64,000 nt of DNA from Blastocladiella emersonii ATCC 22665 (Eukaryota; Fungi; Blastocladiomycota): NCBI GenBank assembly GCA_025594325.1, contig JANHCV010000006.1:1054001-1118000 (forward strand), given 5' to 3'. Position numbers and translations under genes: made by a program. Position 1 is the first letter of the stretch, and every line of letters starts with the position of its first letter. Shown one piece after another: positions 55,214 to 64,000 of this stretch. The notes under the pieces are model-generated. The model searched no databases. It saw only the letters and a program-made list of their open reading frames with translations, and had not been told where the DNA came from.

Positions 55214-56593
55214 TTAGTTGTACTTGGGGGTGGAGGTCTCGCAGGGGGTGGGCTCGGGCTTCGCGGTGGCGGTCTTGGTCTCGGAGCAGGGGGTCGAGGC
55301 GGGGACCTCAGTGGCGACCTTGGTCTCGCACGGGGTGGTGGCGACGGGGACCTCGGTGGCGACCTTGGTCTCGCACGGGACGGTGGCAGTGGTCTCCTTG
55401 GGGGTGTCGGTCTTGGTCGACGTGCCGGTGCAGGGGGTGGAGGTCTCCTTGGGCGTGTCGGTCTTGGTCGAGGTACCGGTGCAGGGGGTCGAGACGGGGA
55501 CCTCAGTGGCAGTCTTGGTCGACGAGTCGGTGGTGCAGGGGACGGTGGCGGTGGTCTCCTTGGGGGTGTCGGTGACCTTGGTCTCGCACGGGACGGTGGC
55601 GGTCGTCTCCTTGGGCGTGTCGGTCTTGGTCTCGCAGGGAGTGGTGGTCTCCTTGGGGATGTCGGTGGCCTTGGTCTCGCACGGGGTCGGGGCGGGCTTC
55701 TCCGAGTAGACGGGCTTGGGCTCCTCGGTGTAGCCGGCGGGGGTGGTCTCGACGGGCTTGTCGGCGTCCTTGCCGTAGCCGTAGCCGTAGTCGCCGGTGG
55801 CGGGGGTGGTCTCCTTGGGGGTGTCCTTGTACTCGCCGCCGTAGCCCGCGGGGGTGGTCTCCTTGGGGGTGTCGGTCTTCTTGTGGTGCTTCTTGCACTT
55901 CTTCTTCTTCTTCTTGGGCTCCTCGCCGCCGTAGCCGGCGGGGGTGGTGGCCTCGGGCTTGTCAGCGTCCTTGCCGTAGCCGTAGTCGCCGGCGGGGGTG
56001 GTCTCGACGGGCTTGTCGGCATCCTTGCCGTAGCCGTAGCCGTAGTCGCCGCCCGCGGGGGTGGTCTCCTTGGGGGTCTCGTAGCCGCCGTAGCCGGGCG
56101 TGGTCTCCTTGGGCGTGTCGATGTAGGTCTTGGTCGACGAGTCGGTGGTGGCGCAGGGGGTCGAGACAGGGACCTCGGTGGCGGTCTTGGTCAACGAGTC
56201 GGTGGTGCAGGGGACGGTGGTCTCCTTGGGGGTGTCGGTCTTGGTGGTCTTGGTCTCGCACGGGGTGGTGGTCTCCTTGGGGGTGTCGGTCTTGGTCGAG
56301 GTGCCGGTGGTGCAGGGGGTGGTGGTCTCCTTGGGCGTATCGGTCTTGGTCTTGGTCTCGCACGGGGTGGTGGTCGACGACACCTCGGTGGCGGTGTGGG
56401 TGGTGGTGACGGTGACGCAGGGCGTGGTGGTGGCCGTGGCGGTGGTCGAGGTCTCGCACGGGGTGGTGGCGACGGTGGTGGTGGTGGTGGTTGTGGTCGA
56501 CTTCCGGCCGTAGGCGGCGTTGGGGGCGGGGAGCGCGACGACGGCGGCGGCCATCGAGGCGACGGCGAAGAGGGAGAGCGACACCTTAACCAT
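55214..56593 (-). CDS. Secreted Thr/Pro/Cys/Lys-rich repeat protein (mucin/cell-wall-like), 459 aa
   Basis: Signal peptide MVKVSLSLFAVASMAAAVVA; many KETTTPCETKT-type repeats, three DYGYG..KDADKP repeats and a KKKKKKCKKHHKK patch. Confidence 0.88.
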   Translation of the reverse strand: MVKVSLSLFAVASMAAAVVALPAPNAAYGRKSTTTTTTTTVATTPCETSTTATATTTPCVTVTTTHTATEVSSTTTPCETKTKTDTPKETTTPCTTGTSTKTDTPKETTTPCETKTTKTDTPKETTVPCTTDSLTKTATEVPVSTPCATTDSSTKTYIDTPKETTPGYGGYETPKETTPAGGDYGYGYGKDADKPVETTPAGDYGYGKDADKPEATTPAGYGGEEPKKKKKKCKKHHKKTDTPKETTPAGYGGEYKDTPKETTPATGDYGYGYGKDADKPVETTPAGYTEEPKPVYSEKPAPTPCETKATDIPKETTTPCETKTDTPKETTATVPCETKVTDTPKETTATVPCTTDSSTKTATEVPVSTPCTGTSTKTDTPKETSTPCTGTSTKTDTPKETTATVPCETKVATEVPVATTPCETKVATEVPASTPCSETKTATAKPEPTPCETSTPKYN

Positions 56594-56680
56594 GTTGATG
56601 ATGCGTTGCGTTGGCCGTCTATAGTCTATAAAGGAGGCTGGCTACCGAGAGCAGTCAGGGATCGCGGGGAGCGCGCCGGC

Positions 56681-56686
56681 TTTATA
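56681..56686 (-). promoter_or_regulatory. TATA box upstream of the secreted repeat gene
   Basis: GTATAAAG on the minus strand ~90 nt upstream of ATG 56593, same GTATAAAG context as at 4722. Confidence 0.5.
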
Positions 56687-57872
56687 CGCTCGCGGCGGCG
56701 GCGGCGGGCGGCCAGGGACGAGGGCAAGATGGCGCCGGCCGGTGGCGGCGGCAGAGGCGGCGGTGATCCGCAGCGGTGCGCGCGCGCGTCGGGTGGATGC
56801 GCCCATATTGCGTGGGCGTCGGCGGGCGAAACAAGGCGATCCGAGGCGGGGGTGAAGCGCGGCGAAAGGTTGCGCCTCGGCCGCCGCGTGGGCCAGGGCG
56901 TCGGCCCGGATCCCTGGACCACGCGCGCGGCCGCTGGCCAATCACGCGCGGCCAGCCAGCCCTCGACGTTTTCGAGTCGCCCGGTGCACGATCGCTCGCT
57001 GCGGGCGTCGTCATCCCTGCCCGCCCGCTCCGTCCACCACGATCCACGCCTGCCGGGGCCGCGCTGAGAGCTCTCTCCGCCGTCGACACCGTCGTCACGG
57101 CGGCTGTCCTCGCGAGACGCATTCAACCGCGGCAGCAGCAGCAGCGGGGGCGGGCGATCACGACGATTTGCGGCGGCGTGGGCCCCGTCCACGCTGTTTC
57201 AGACGCTGCGCGTGATGCCGGTGGGCGCCGCCCACCTCGTCGCCACCCGCCGCCACAATCACCTTGTGTCTGAAACGCGGGGCCCACACGTTCTCGTCGC
57301 GGCGACGCGTCATCGCACAGGTCTCGTGGGTCGGCGTCGTCGACACCGTCGCCGCGACGTCGTCGTGGATGGCGACGCATGAGCGAGGGGAGCGAGGGGG
57401 AACGAGAGTCGTGGTCGCCGCGAGGCGCGACGCGACTGCGTTCGTGGCGGCGCCATGCTCAGCGTCCGAAACCGAGCGCGGCAGTCGGAATGCTGGGGCC
57501 GTCAGGGACGACGTGCGCGGCGGCGCCGCCGAGTTCAGGGACGTGGAGGCGCCACAGCACTCATGAGGCCGCCTGGCGACGGTGCAGGACGCGAGCACGG
57601 CGTGTGCGTTAGGTCTTGCATGAGCTGCATGGATGGCGCCGCCGCTGGCGCCGCCGCGAGTGGCGGAGGTGGCGGCGGCGGCGGCGGTCGGGGCGGGCTG
57701 CTCTGGAGCCGAGCGCGTCGTTCAGGGTGACGCACGGCGATCAGCTGCCGCACGCGACGACGCGACGCGCTGCTCAACGCGTCGCACGATGAGCGGACGT
57801 TGCTCCTCTGTGCGTGCTGCGACACCTCGATGGAACCTCCAGTCTAGCGCCTGCAACGCATCGAGTACGACC

Positions 57873-59411
57873 ATGTCAACGAGCGACCCGACCCTGACGA
57901 GCGCCGCGGCGCGCCTGCCCAAGCACGACGCGTACATGTGGCTCGCGCTCTGGCTCGAGCACGCGCCGTGGGCGCAGCCCGTGGTCCCGATGCTGACGGG
58001 GAGCGGGACCGTGTCGGCGGCGCACCAGCTGCCGCACGGGCCGACGTCGCCCGCCATCGCGATCCCCGGCGGGACCCTCGGCGTGCGGACGGGCGCCGTG
58101 GTCGTGGACGCGCAGGGCCGGATCGCGGCGCTCGAGTGTTCGGGGCACAGCCACGCGGTTGCGCGGGCGGTGCTGCGGACGTCGGGGGCCGCGGCGGCCG
58201 ACCTGCGCGGCGCCGACGTGTACGTGTCGCGGTTCCCGTCGCCGCTGTGCACCAAGCTGATGGTCCAGGTCGGCGTGCGCCGGTGCTTCTACTTCCCCGC
58301 GTCGCTGCACCAGAGCGCCGTGGGGGAAGACTGCGCGGTGGCCGAGCGCCGCGACGTCGAGTACGCGTCGGTTCACCGCATGGTCATGAACTCGGCCTTC
58401 GCCCTGACGCTGTACCTGCCCGAGTGGGTCTCGCTCGCCGACGCGCCCGCCGTCGCGCCGGTGCCACCGTCCTCGGCCCAGCCGTACCCGACGTGGACCG
58501 TCGACGCGTTCTATCTCGAGCGCAGCGGCGGCGAGTGGGCGCGGCAGAGCGGCGCGGCGCTCGCGCGGTTCGCGGGCGTCACGGTGCCCGCGTTCCACCA
58601 CGTCGTGCACCGGTACGCGTCGCCGGCGCTCGCCTCGCGCGGCAAGCACGCGGCCCCCGCGCTCACGCCGGCGCAGGAGGCCGAGGCGCGGCACGCGCTG
58701 GTCCTCGCGCACATTGCGGCGCGGCGGACAGACGATCCCAAGGTTGGTGTGGGTGCCGTGGTCGTGTACCCGGACCACGGCGACCCGGCCACGTTCGTCG
58801 CTGCATCGGCCGACGGTGCCGGCTCGCCGGCGCGCGGCCGGTACGTGAGCGTCGGGTGGAACGGGTTCCCGCGTCGGTCGCAGCGCAACGACTACTCGCG
58901 GGTCGGCGCCGACGAGGCCGCGGACGCGCGCGACGAGCTCAAGTACGCGTACGTGCTCCACGCCGAGCAGAACGCGCTGCTGTTCCGCACTCCGTGGCCC
59001 GGCGGCCACCCGCTTGTCCACCCGCTCGGCGTGCGCATGTACAGCACCAAGTACCCGTGCGACGAGTGCGCGCCGCTCATTGCCGACGCCGGGATCCACG
59101 TCCTGTTCAGCGTCCCGCCGTCGTCGTGGACGGTGCCCACGGCGGCGGTGCCGGTCAGCCAGAACGTGCTCCTGTCGCCCGCCTCGACCGCTGCTGCCGC
59201 GTACCGCGGGCTCACGTACACGCGGCTCCGCGAGCTCGTGCCGTACATCTACCTGCTCGACGCTGCGAGTCTGAGTCGCGGGGCCTCGTTTAACTGCATC
59301 GAAACGACCCCGCCGCCCCCACCACCATCCGCGAAATCAGCGCGTCCCGCGTCGCGCGAGCCATCGCCGCGTCGGTCGCCGCAGAAACGGCCGCGGCCAG
59401 ACGAGGACTAA
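57873..59411 (+). CDS. CDADC1: Tandem cytidine/dCMP deaminase-domain protein (CDADC1-like), 512 aa
   Basis: N-terminal YMWLALWLE and degenerate domain (HAV; PSPLC); intact second domain DPKVGVGAVV, GWNGFP, HAEQNAL, PCDECAPLI. Confidence 0.82.
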   Translation: MSTSDPTLTSAAARLPKHDAYMWLALWLEHAPWAQPVVPMLTGSGTVSAAHQLPHGPTSPAIAIPGGTLGVRTGAVVVDAQGRIAALECSGHSHAVARAVLRTSGAAAADLRGADVYVSRFPSPLCTKLMVQVGVRRCFYFPASLHQSAVGEDCAVAERRDVEYASVHRMVMNSAFALTLYLPEWVSLADAPAVAPVPPSSAQPYPTWTVDAFYLERSGGEWARQSGAALARFAGVTVPAFHHVVHRYASPALASRGKHAAPALTPAQEAEARHALVLAHIAARRTDDPKVGVGAVVVYPDHGDPATFVAASADGAGSPARGRYVSVGWNGFPRRSQRNDYSRVGADEAADARDELKYAYVLHAEQNALLFRTPWPGGHPLVHPLGVRMYSTKYPCDECAPLIADAGIHVLFSVPPSSWTVPTAAVPVSQNVLLSPASTAAAAYRGLTYTRLRELVPYIYLLDAASLSRGASFNCIETTPPPPPPSAKSARPASREPSPRRSPQKRPRPDED

Positions 59412-59461
59412 CGTCTCGCAGCCGCAGAGTGATAATACATCGAGCTAAGACTATGATATAT

Positions 59462-61336
59462 CTAAGAGTGGAACCGCCGCATCACTTTGTCGAGCTCCTC
59501 AACGACCTTGAGGATGCCCGCGACGACCTCAGCCTCGGTCTTGGCGACGCGCATGGCGCCGCCGCCGCGGCCGGTGTCCGCGTCGAGCCCGACCATGAGC
59601 CCGCGCTGCTGGTTGAGCAGCTCGGCGGGAAGGGCAGCGTCGGCGCCCTCGCCGCGGCACGCGGCGGCAATGAGCGGGACAAAGACCTTGAGGAATCGGC
59701 GCTGGTGCGGCGAGAGGCGGGTCGGGTCGAGGACGCGGAGGACGGCGACGGGGAGCGCCGTGGACCGGATGAGGTGCGAGTACAGGCGTGCGGTATGCTG
59801 GAGGCGGCGGGAGTACTTGGCGGGGACCGCGGCATCGTCCTCCTCTTCGGCGTCGGCCGACGTGTCCTTGAGGTAGTCCCACAGGGTGAACTGGAACGTG
59901 ATCTTGTACGCGTGCTTGGTGACGCAGAGCTTCTGGGCGAGCACGGCGTAGTACGGGTTGTAGGCCTTCTCCTGGCCGATGCAGTGGACGAGGACGCGGA
60001 CAATCTCGCGCTCCTGCTTCTCGGTGAGCCCGAGCTTGCACAGGCGCTCGTACGCGTCCATGTAGTCCTCGGCGGTCATGACGACGACGAAGATGGCGCG
60101 GCGCACGTCCGTGTTCATGTGGTGTTTGCGCGCAAGCTTGAGCAGCGCCGACTCGTTGACCTTGGCCTTCTGCTGCGCGGCCTTGATGGCGGCCGAGTCG
60201 TGGCCGACCCACGCCGACCCGATGCGCCACCACATGCCGCGGGTCTTGGCGTGCATGATGTCGTCGAGCGACGGGCGCAGCGGCTCGAGCTTGACGGCGC
60301 CGGGCCGGCGGCGGTGCGCGTTGGCGGCCATGCGGGCGAGCGGGTGGTCGGCGATGGAGAAAAACGCGTGGCGGTGCGCCTGCTTGCCGGCGGCGAGGTC
60401 GCCGAGCGTCTCGAGCATGAACTTGACGCGGAACGGGGCCGCGTCGCCGAGCACGGCGGCGGCGCGCGACTGGATGAGCCCGACGATATCCTTGAGCGCG
60501 GTCGGGTCGTCGTTGCGCAGCTGCAGGCCGCACAGTTTCACGAGCTTGAGGACGAGCTCGATGCGGTCCTCGGACACCTCGTCGACGAGGCGCCTCACCA
60601 TGTCGTAGACGAGCGCGCACGAGATGATCTGGAAGTTGTACATGTGGCCGATCAGGACGAGCACGTTGCACGCCTCGCGCAGCGTGGCCGGGTTCGCGAG
60701 GAGCTCGAGCCACCGGGTCACGGCGGCTTGCACAAAGCTCGCCACGACCTCGACGCCCATGGTCGACCCGATGCACGCGAGCAGGGCGGCGTAGGTCATG
60801 ACGAAGCCATCGAGCAGGTGCACCTTCTCGGCGACGGAGGCCAGCGTCTGCGCCGTCAGGGCCGAGGTCACGGCCATGCGCGGGAACGTGTCGTACATGG
60901 CCTCGAGCTCGGTCGCCATGGCGTCGAGGTTGCCCTCGGACAGCTTGTTGGCCAGGGCGGCCATCTGGCGCACGAGTTTTGGGTCCAGGTCGGCCAGGTC
61001 GAGGCGGATTGCGAGCGGGTTCGCCGGCGCGGGTGCCGATTCGGGCTCTCCTTCCTGCTGCGTCGGCGACTCATCGTCGCTGTCGACGGCGCTGGACGCG
61101 TCCGCCTCCTCTTCGGGCTCCTCCTCATCGTCACTCGACGAGAGGGGCGGGGTAGGCTCGCGGCGCGCGCGCTTTGCGGGTTTGGCGGGCGCGTCGGGCG
61201 CGGGCCGCTTCTCGCCCTTACCCTTGGCCGCGATAGCGGCGGCGGGCTTCGCGGCGGCCTTGGCGGGTTTCCGCGCGGCCGCAGCGGCGGCGGGTTTCCG
61301 CTTTGCAGCGGGTGCAGACTTCATGGGCTTCGGCAT
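59462..61336 (-). CDS. NOM1: Nucleolar MIF4G + MA3 protein (NOM1/Sgd1), 624 aa
   Basis: NKLSEGNL, LYNFQIIS-like segment, IELVLKLVKLCGLQLRNDDP, RVKFMLETL, MNTDVRRAIFVVVMTAEDYMDAYERL, QEREIVRVLVHC.GQEK.YNPYY. Confidence 0.9.
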   Translation of the reverse strand: MPKPMKSAPAAKRKPAAAAAARKPAKAAAKPAAAIAAKGKGEKRPAPDAPAKPAKRARREPTPPLSSSDDEEEPEEEADASSAVDSDDESPTQQEGEPESAPAPANPLAIRLDLADLDPKLVRQMAALANKLSEGNLDAMATELEAMYDTFPRMAVTSALTAQTLASVAEKVHLLDGFVMTYAALLACIGSTMGVEVVASFVQAAVTRWLELLANPATLREACNVLVLIGHMYNFQIISCALVYDMVRRLVDEVSEDRIELVLKLVKLCGLQLRNDDPTALKDIVGLIQSRAAAVLGDAAPFRVKFMLETLGDLAAGKQAHRHAFFSIADHPLARMAANAHRRRPGAVKLEPLRPSLDDIMHAKTRGMWWRIGSAWVGHDSAAIKAAQQKAKVNESALLKLARKHHMNTDVRRAIFVVVMTAEDYMDAYERLCKLGLTEKQEREIVRVLVHCIGQEKAYNPYYAVLAQKLCVTKHAYKITFQFTLWDYLKDTSADAEEEDDAAVPAKYSRRLQHTARLYSHLIRSTALPVAVLRVLDPTRLSPHQRRFLKVFVPLIAAACRGEGADAALPAELLNQQRGLMVGLDADTGRGGGAMRVAKTEAEVVAGILKVVEELDKVMRRFHS

Positions 61337-62307
61337 GGCTTCACTAGGTGTTTGGGGATCCGATCCACAGATGCGCGGCGATCACAAGGCGACTGCGAGG
61401 CGCGACCGCGACGGCGTCGCGTCCCCACACCTGCGCCCACGTGCGCCGTTGCGCAGGGCAGGCGGTGACTCCCACGCGGCGTCCGCGTCGGATCATGAGG
61501 GCTGCGCCACAAGCCTTCTCCTTCTCGGCCCTGGAATCCCACAAGCAGAGCCCCGATGTGGACGCTTTCGCCGGCATCGACCCACGCCCGCCCGCGCGCG
61601 GCCCACGCTGGAGAGAGCCTCGTTGCGGGATCTGCGCTGTGAGAGCGCGTCGCGGCGGAAACGGGCCGATGTAATGCCGGCGCTGTTCCGACGCGAGGCG
61701 CGGGCACGGAACACTTGTCGGAGCACAGCACGCACGCAGTGAGGCGGCGGCGGCGCCAGTCCGCAACGCTAAGGTTGCGCCAAGGGCAAGCTTGTGGCGG
61801 CGGCCGCGGCCGCAGCGCTGCATGGCGACGGGCGGCCGGCGTCGTCATCGTGGCGACGGCCATGGTCACAGTCGCGGCCGTTGTGGCACGGCAGCCGGTC
61901 CATCGAGATCCTGCAGGCCGGGCCTGAGGCCGGGCAGCTGCCCTCGTGCACGCGGAGCGGGCCGCGGGCGGTCAAACATGGCGAAATCGCAATCGAGGCG
62001 GGCGCGCACGAGCGCGTGTCGGAGGCGAGCAGGCAGGTTCCGTCGTTGAGCACCATGGCCGTGGCCGTGACCATGGCCGCGGCCGGCGCCGCGCATTGCG
62101 GTGCGTGAGGCGCCGCACGCCAGCCGGCGCCGCCTCCTCCCCACTCTCGTTCCCCCTCCGCCTGCCTACTTGAACCAGGCTCCCCCCGCCTCGCCCCACA
62201 GCCTGCTCCGGCTACCCGCAACGCGCAACGCATCAACGCCCTCCACGCAGCTGCTCCCGCTCCCCTCTGCACCCACCGCGACACCCGACCCGGACCCACC
62301 AGCAACC

Positions 62308-64000
62308 ATGGGGGCCCGCCGCACGGCCATCGCGCCCATCGTCAACAGCAAGCAGCGCCGCGTCACCTTCGCCAAGCGCAAGAACGGCCTGATGAAGAAG
62401 GCGTGGGAGCTGTCGGTGCTGTGCAGCGCAGAGTGTCTGATCGTGCTCCGCGACGTGCGCGGCCGCGTCTTCCGCTTCTCGGCCTCCTTCAAGCCAGAGA
62501 CGCTCGCCGCCTGCACCAGCGCCGCCGGCGGCGCCCGCCTCGCCCGCACCCGCGAGCCCACGCTGCTCGCGCCGCGCCCGCACGACGGCGACCCCGACGA
62601 GTTCATTGCCCGCATCGCCGCCGGCCGCGCCGGGCCCATTGCCGAGTCGCGCCTACCCGCCTACGTACGTTGCACGCCGTGCTGCGCGTTGCGCGCTGGG
62701 CGCCGTGCCTTCGGTGTGAAACGGAACGGGGTCCGCTAACGCGCGTTCGCGTTGAAACGCTCGCTGTGATCACACCCGTCTAGTACGACCGTGGGAACCC
62801 GCCCACCGCCAACCCCGCCGACGTCGCCGCCGCCGTCGCACGCGGCCTCGGCGCCGAGGAGGAGCACGAGGAGGAAGAGGAGGACGAGGAACCCGAGGAG
62901 GATGACGACGACGACGAGTTTGACGACGAGGAGGACGACGAGGCCGCGCCGCCCGCCGCAAAGAGCACTCGCGCTGCCGCCGCTGCGGGCAAGAAGCGCG
63001 CCGCGCCCGCTGCCCGTGCTGCCGCCGCCCCCGCCAAGGGCCGGAAACGGAAATCGTCGGGCACCGGTGCCGGCGCCGCACCCATTACGGCGTCCGCGCC
63101 GATGCTGCCGACGCTCACCGTGACGGCCCCGCCACCCGTCGCCACCGCCGACCTGCCCCTCTCGCACTCCATCTTCGCCTCCAACGTGCCGCTCACGCGC
63201 TCGGGCTCGCTCGCCCGTCGCCGCGCTGCTGCTGCCGCCGCTGCTGCTGCGGCGGCGTCCGCGGCGGCCGCCAACGCGCACGCTGGATCGCCGTCGTTCC
63301 ACCCGAGCGCGGCCAACCTCTCGCTCGCACACGCCATCCCGGGCCTCGCTCCGCCCATCAAGCACAACATCTCGCGCGTCGGCCGCCGCAAGGTGAGTCT
63401 GCGCCGCCGCACTAGTGCGCGGACTGCCGCTGCCATGGCCCAGATGCACCAGCAGCAGCAGTACGCGCTCCACCACCACCAGCAGCAACAGCAGCAACAT
63501 CACCAGCAGCCCTTCTACCCGGGCTCGTACCAGGGCAACGGCGGCGCCCCCGGGTTCGGCATAAACCCGCTCCCCGCCATGACGCCCGATGGCCTCGGCC
63601 TCGTCTCGCAACCGTCCTCGCAGGAGCACCAGATCGACTCGATGCTCGCCCTGCCCAACGTGTTCGGGTCCGCGCCGACCACCTCGGTCCCGCAGATCGT
63701 GACCTCGGCGCCCGCCGCCGAACCGCGCCGCCCGCAGTTCGACGAGGCCAACCTGCGCGCCGAGGCCCAGCTCGTCGCCAATTACTACGCCAACCAGTCC
63801 GGGTCCGCGCCCGTGGTCCGCGGCGACCAGCCCGCCGCGACGGGCGCGCAGGGGCTCGGGCGCCGCGGTACCATTCGGTCCGCGAGCGGCCCGCTCGACC
63901 GCCGCCCGTCCAAGCGCCCGCGCACCTCCACCGTGCCGCCCGCCGCCTCGACCTCGGGCAGCGGCAGCGGCGGTAGCGGCGACCATATGCTCGGGTCCTC
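62308..64000 (+). CDS. MEF2-type MADS-box transcription factor (3' end runs off the window)
   Basis: RRVTFAKRKNGLMKKAWELSVLCSAEC; intron 62665-62783 (GTACGT...CTAAC...TAG) continues into acidic and Q/H-rich regions. Confidence 0.88.

Noticed and set aside
24383-57782. ACGCGT (MCB-like) sites upstream of haspin, TOPBP1 and CDADC1
   Set aside because: The hexamer is frequent throughout this CpG-rich window, including inside CDSs, so enrichment cannot be claimed without statistics.

Overview
GC-rich, gene-dense, intron-containing eukaryotic DNA. Introns are mostly ~58-120 nt with GTACGT/GTATGT/GTGAGT donors, CTAAC/CTGAC branch sites and YAG acceptors. Gene content and style suggest an early-diverging zoosporic fungus, most likely Blastocladiomycota/Allomyces-like (inference). 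About 24 protein-coding loci. Recognisable housekeeping genes: PhoD-type phosphatase, two head-to-head half-size ABCA transporters, haspin kinase, glycine-rich RRM protein, C2H2 factor, Siw14-type inositol pyrophosphatase, inositol polyphosphate kinase, telomerase reverse transcriptase (TERT), RNA Pol III C31, Dopey, mitochondrial bL34, TOPBP1, CDADC1, NOM1/Sgd1 and a partial MEF2-type MADS-box gene. Accessory genes: a Q/S/W-repeat protein, a catalytically dead metacaspase fused to Ca-binding repeats, a CHASE-PAS pseudo-histidine kinase, a 7TM protein and secreted proteins. No tRNA, rRNA, CRISPR array or transposon could be supported. Most notable findings: (1) a divergent Siw14/IPK kinase-phosphatase gene pair whose IPK stop lies only 16 nt from the TERT start; (2) an 832-nt GC-AG intron with an internal GTGAGT donor in the RRM gene, resembling a GRP7-like unproductive-splicing switch; (3) the pseudo-metacaspase and the amyloid-like repeat protein; (4) three otherwise intact accessory genes each broken by a single stop or frameshift. 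All calls come from motif recognition by eye; no database searches were run.
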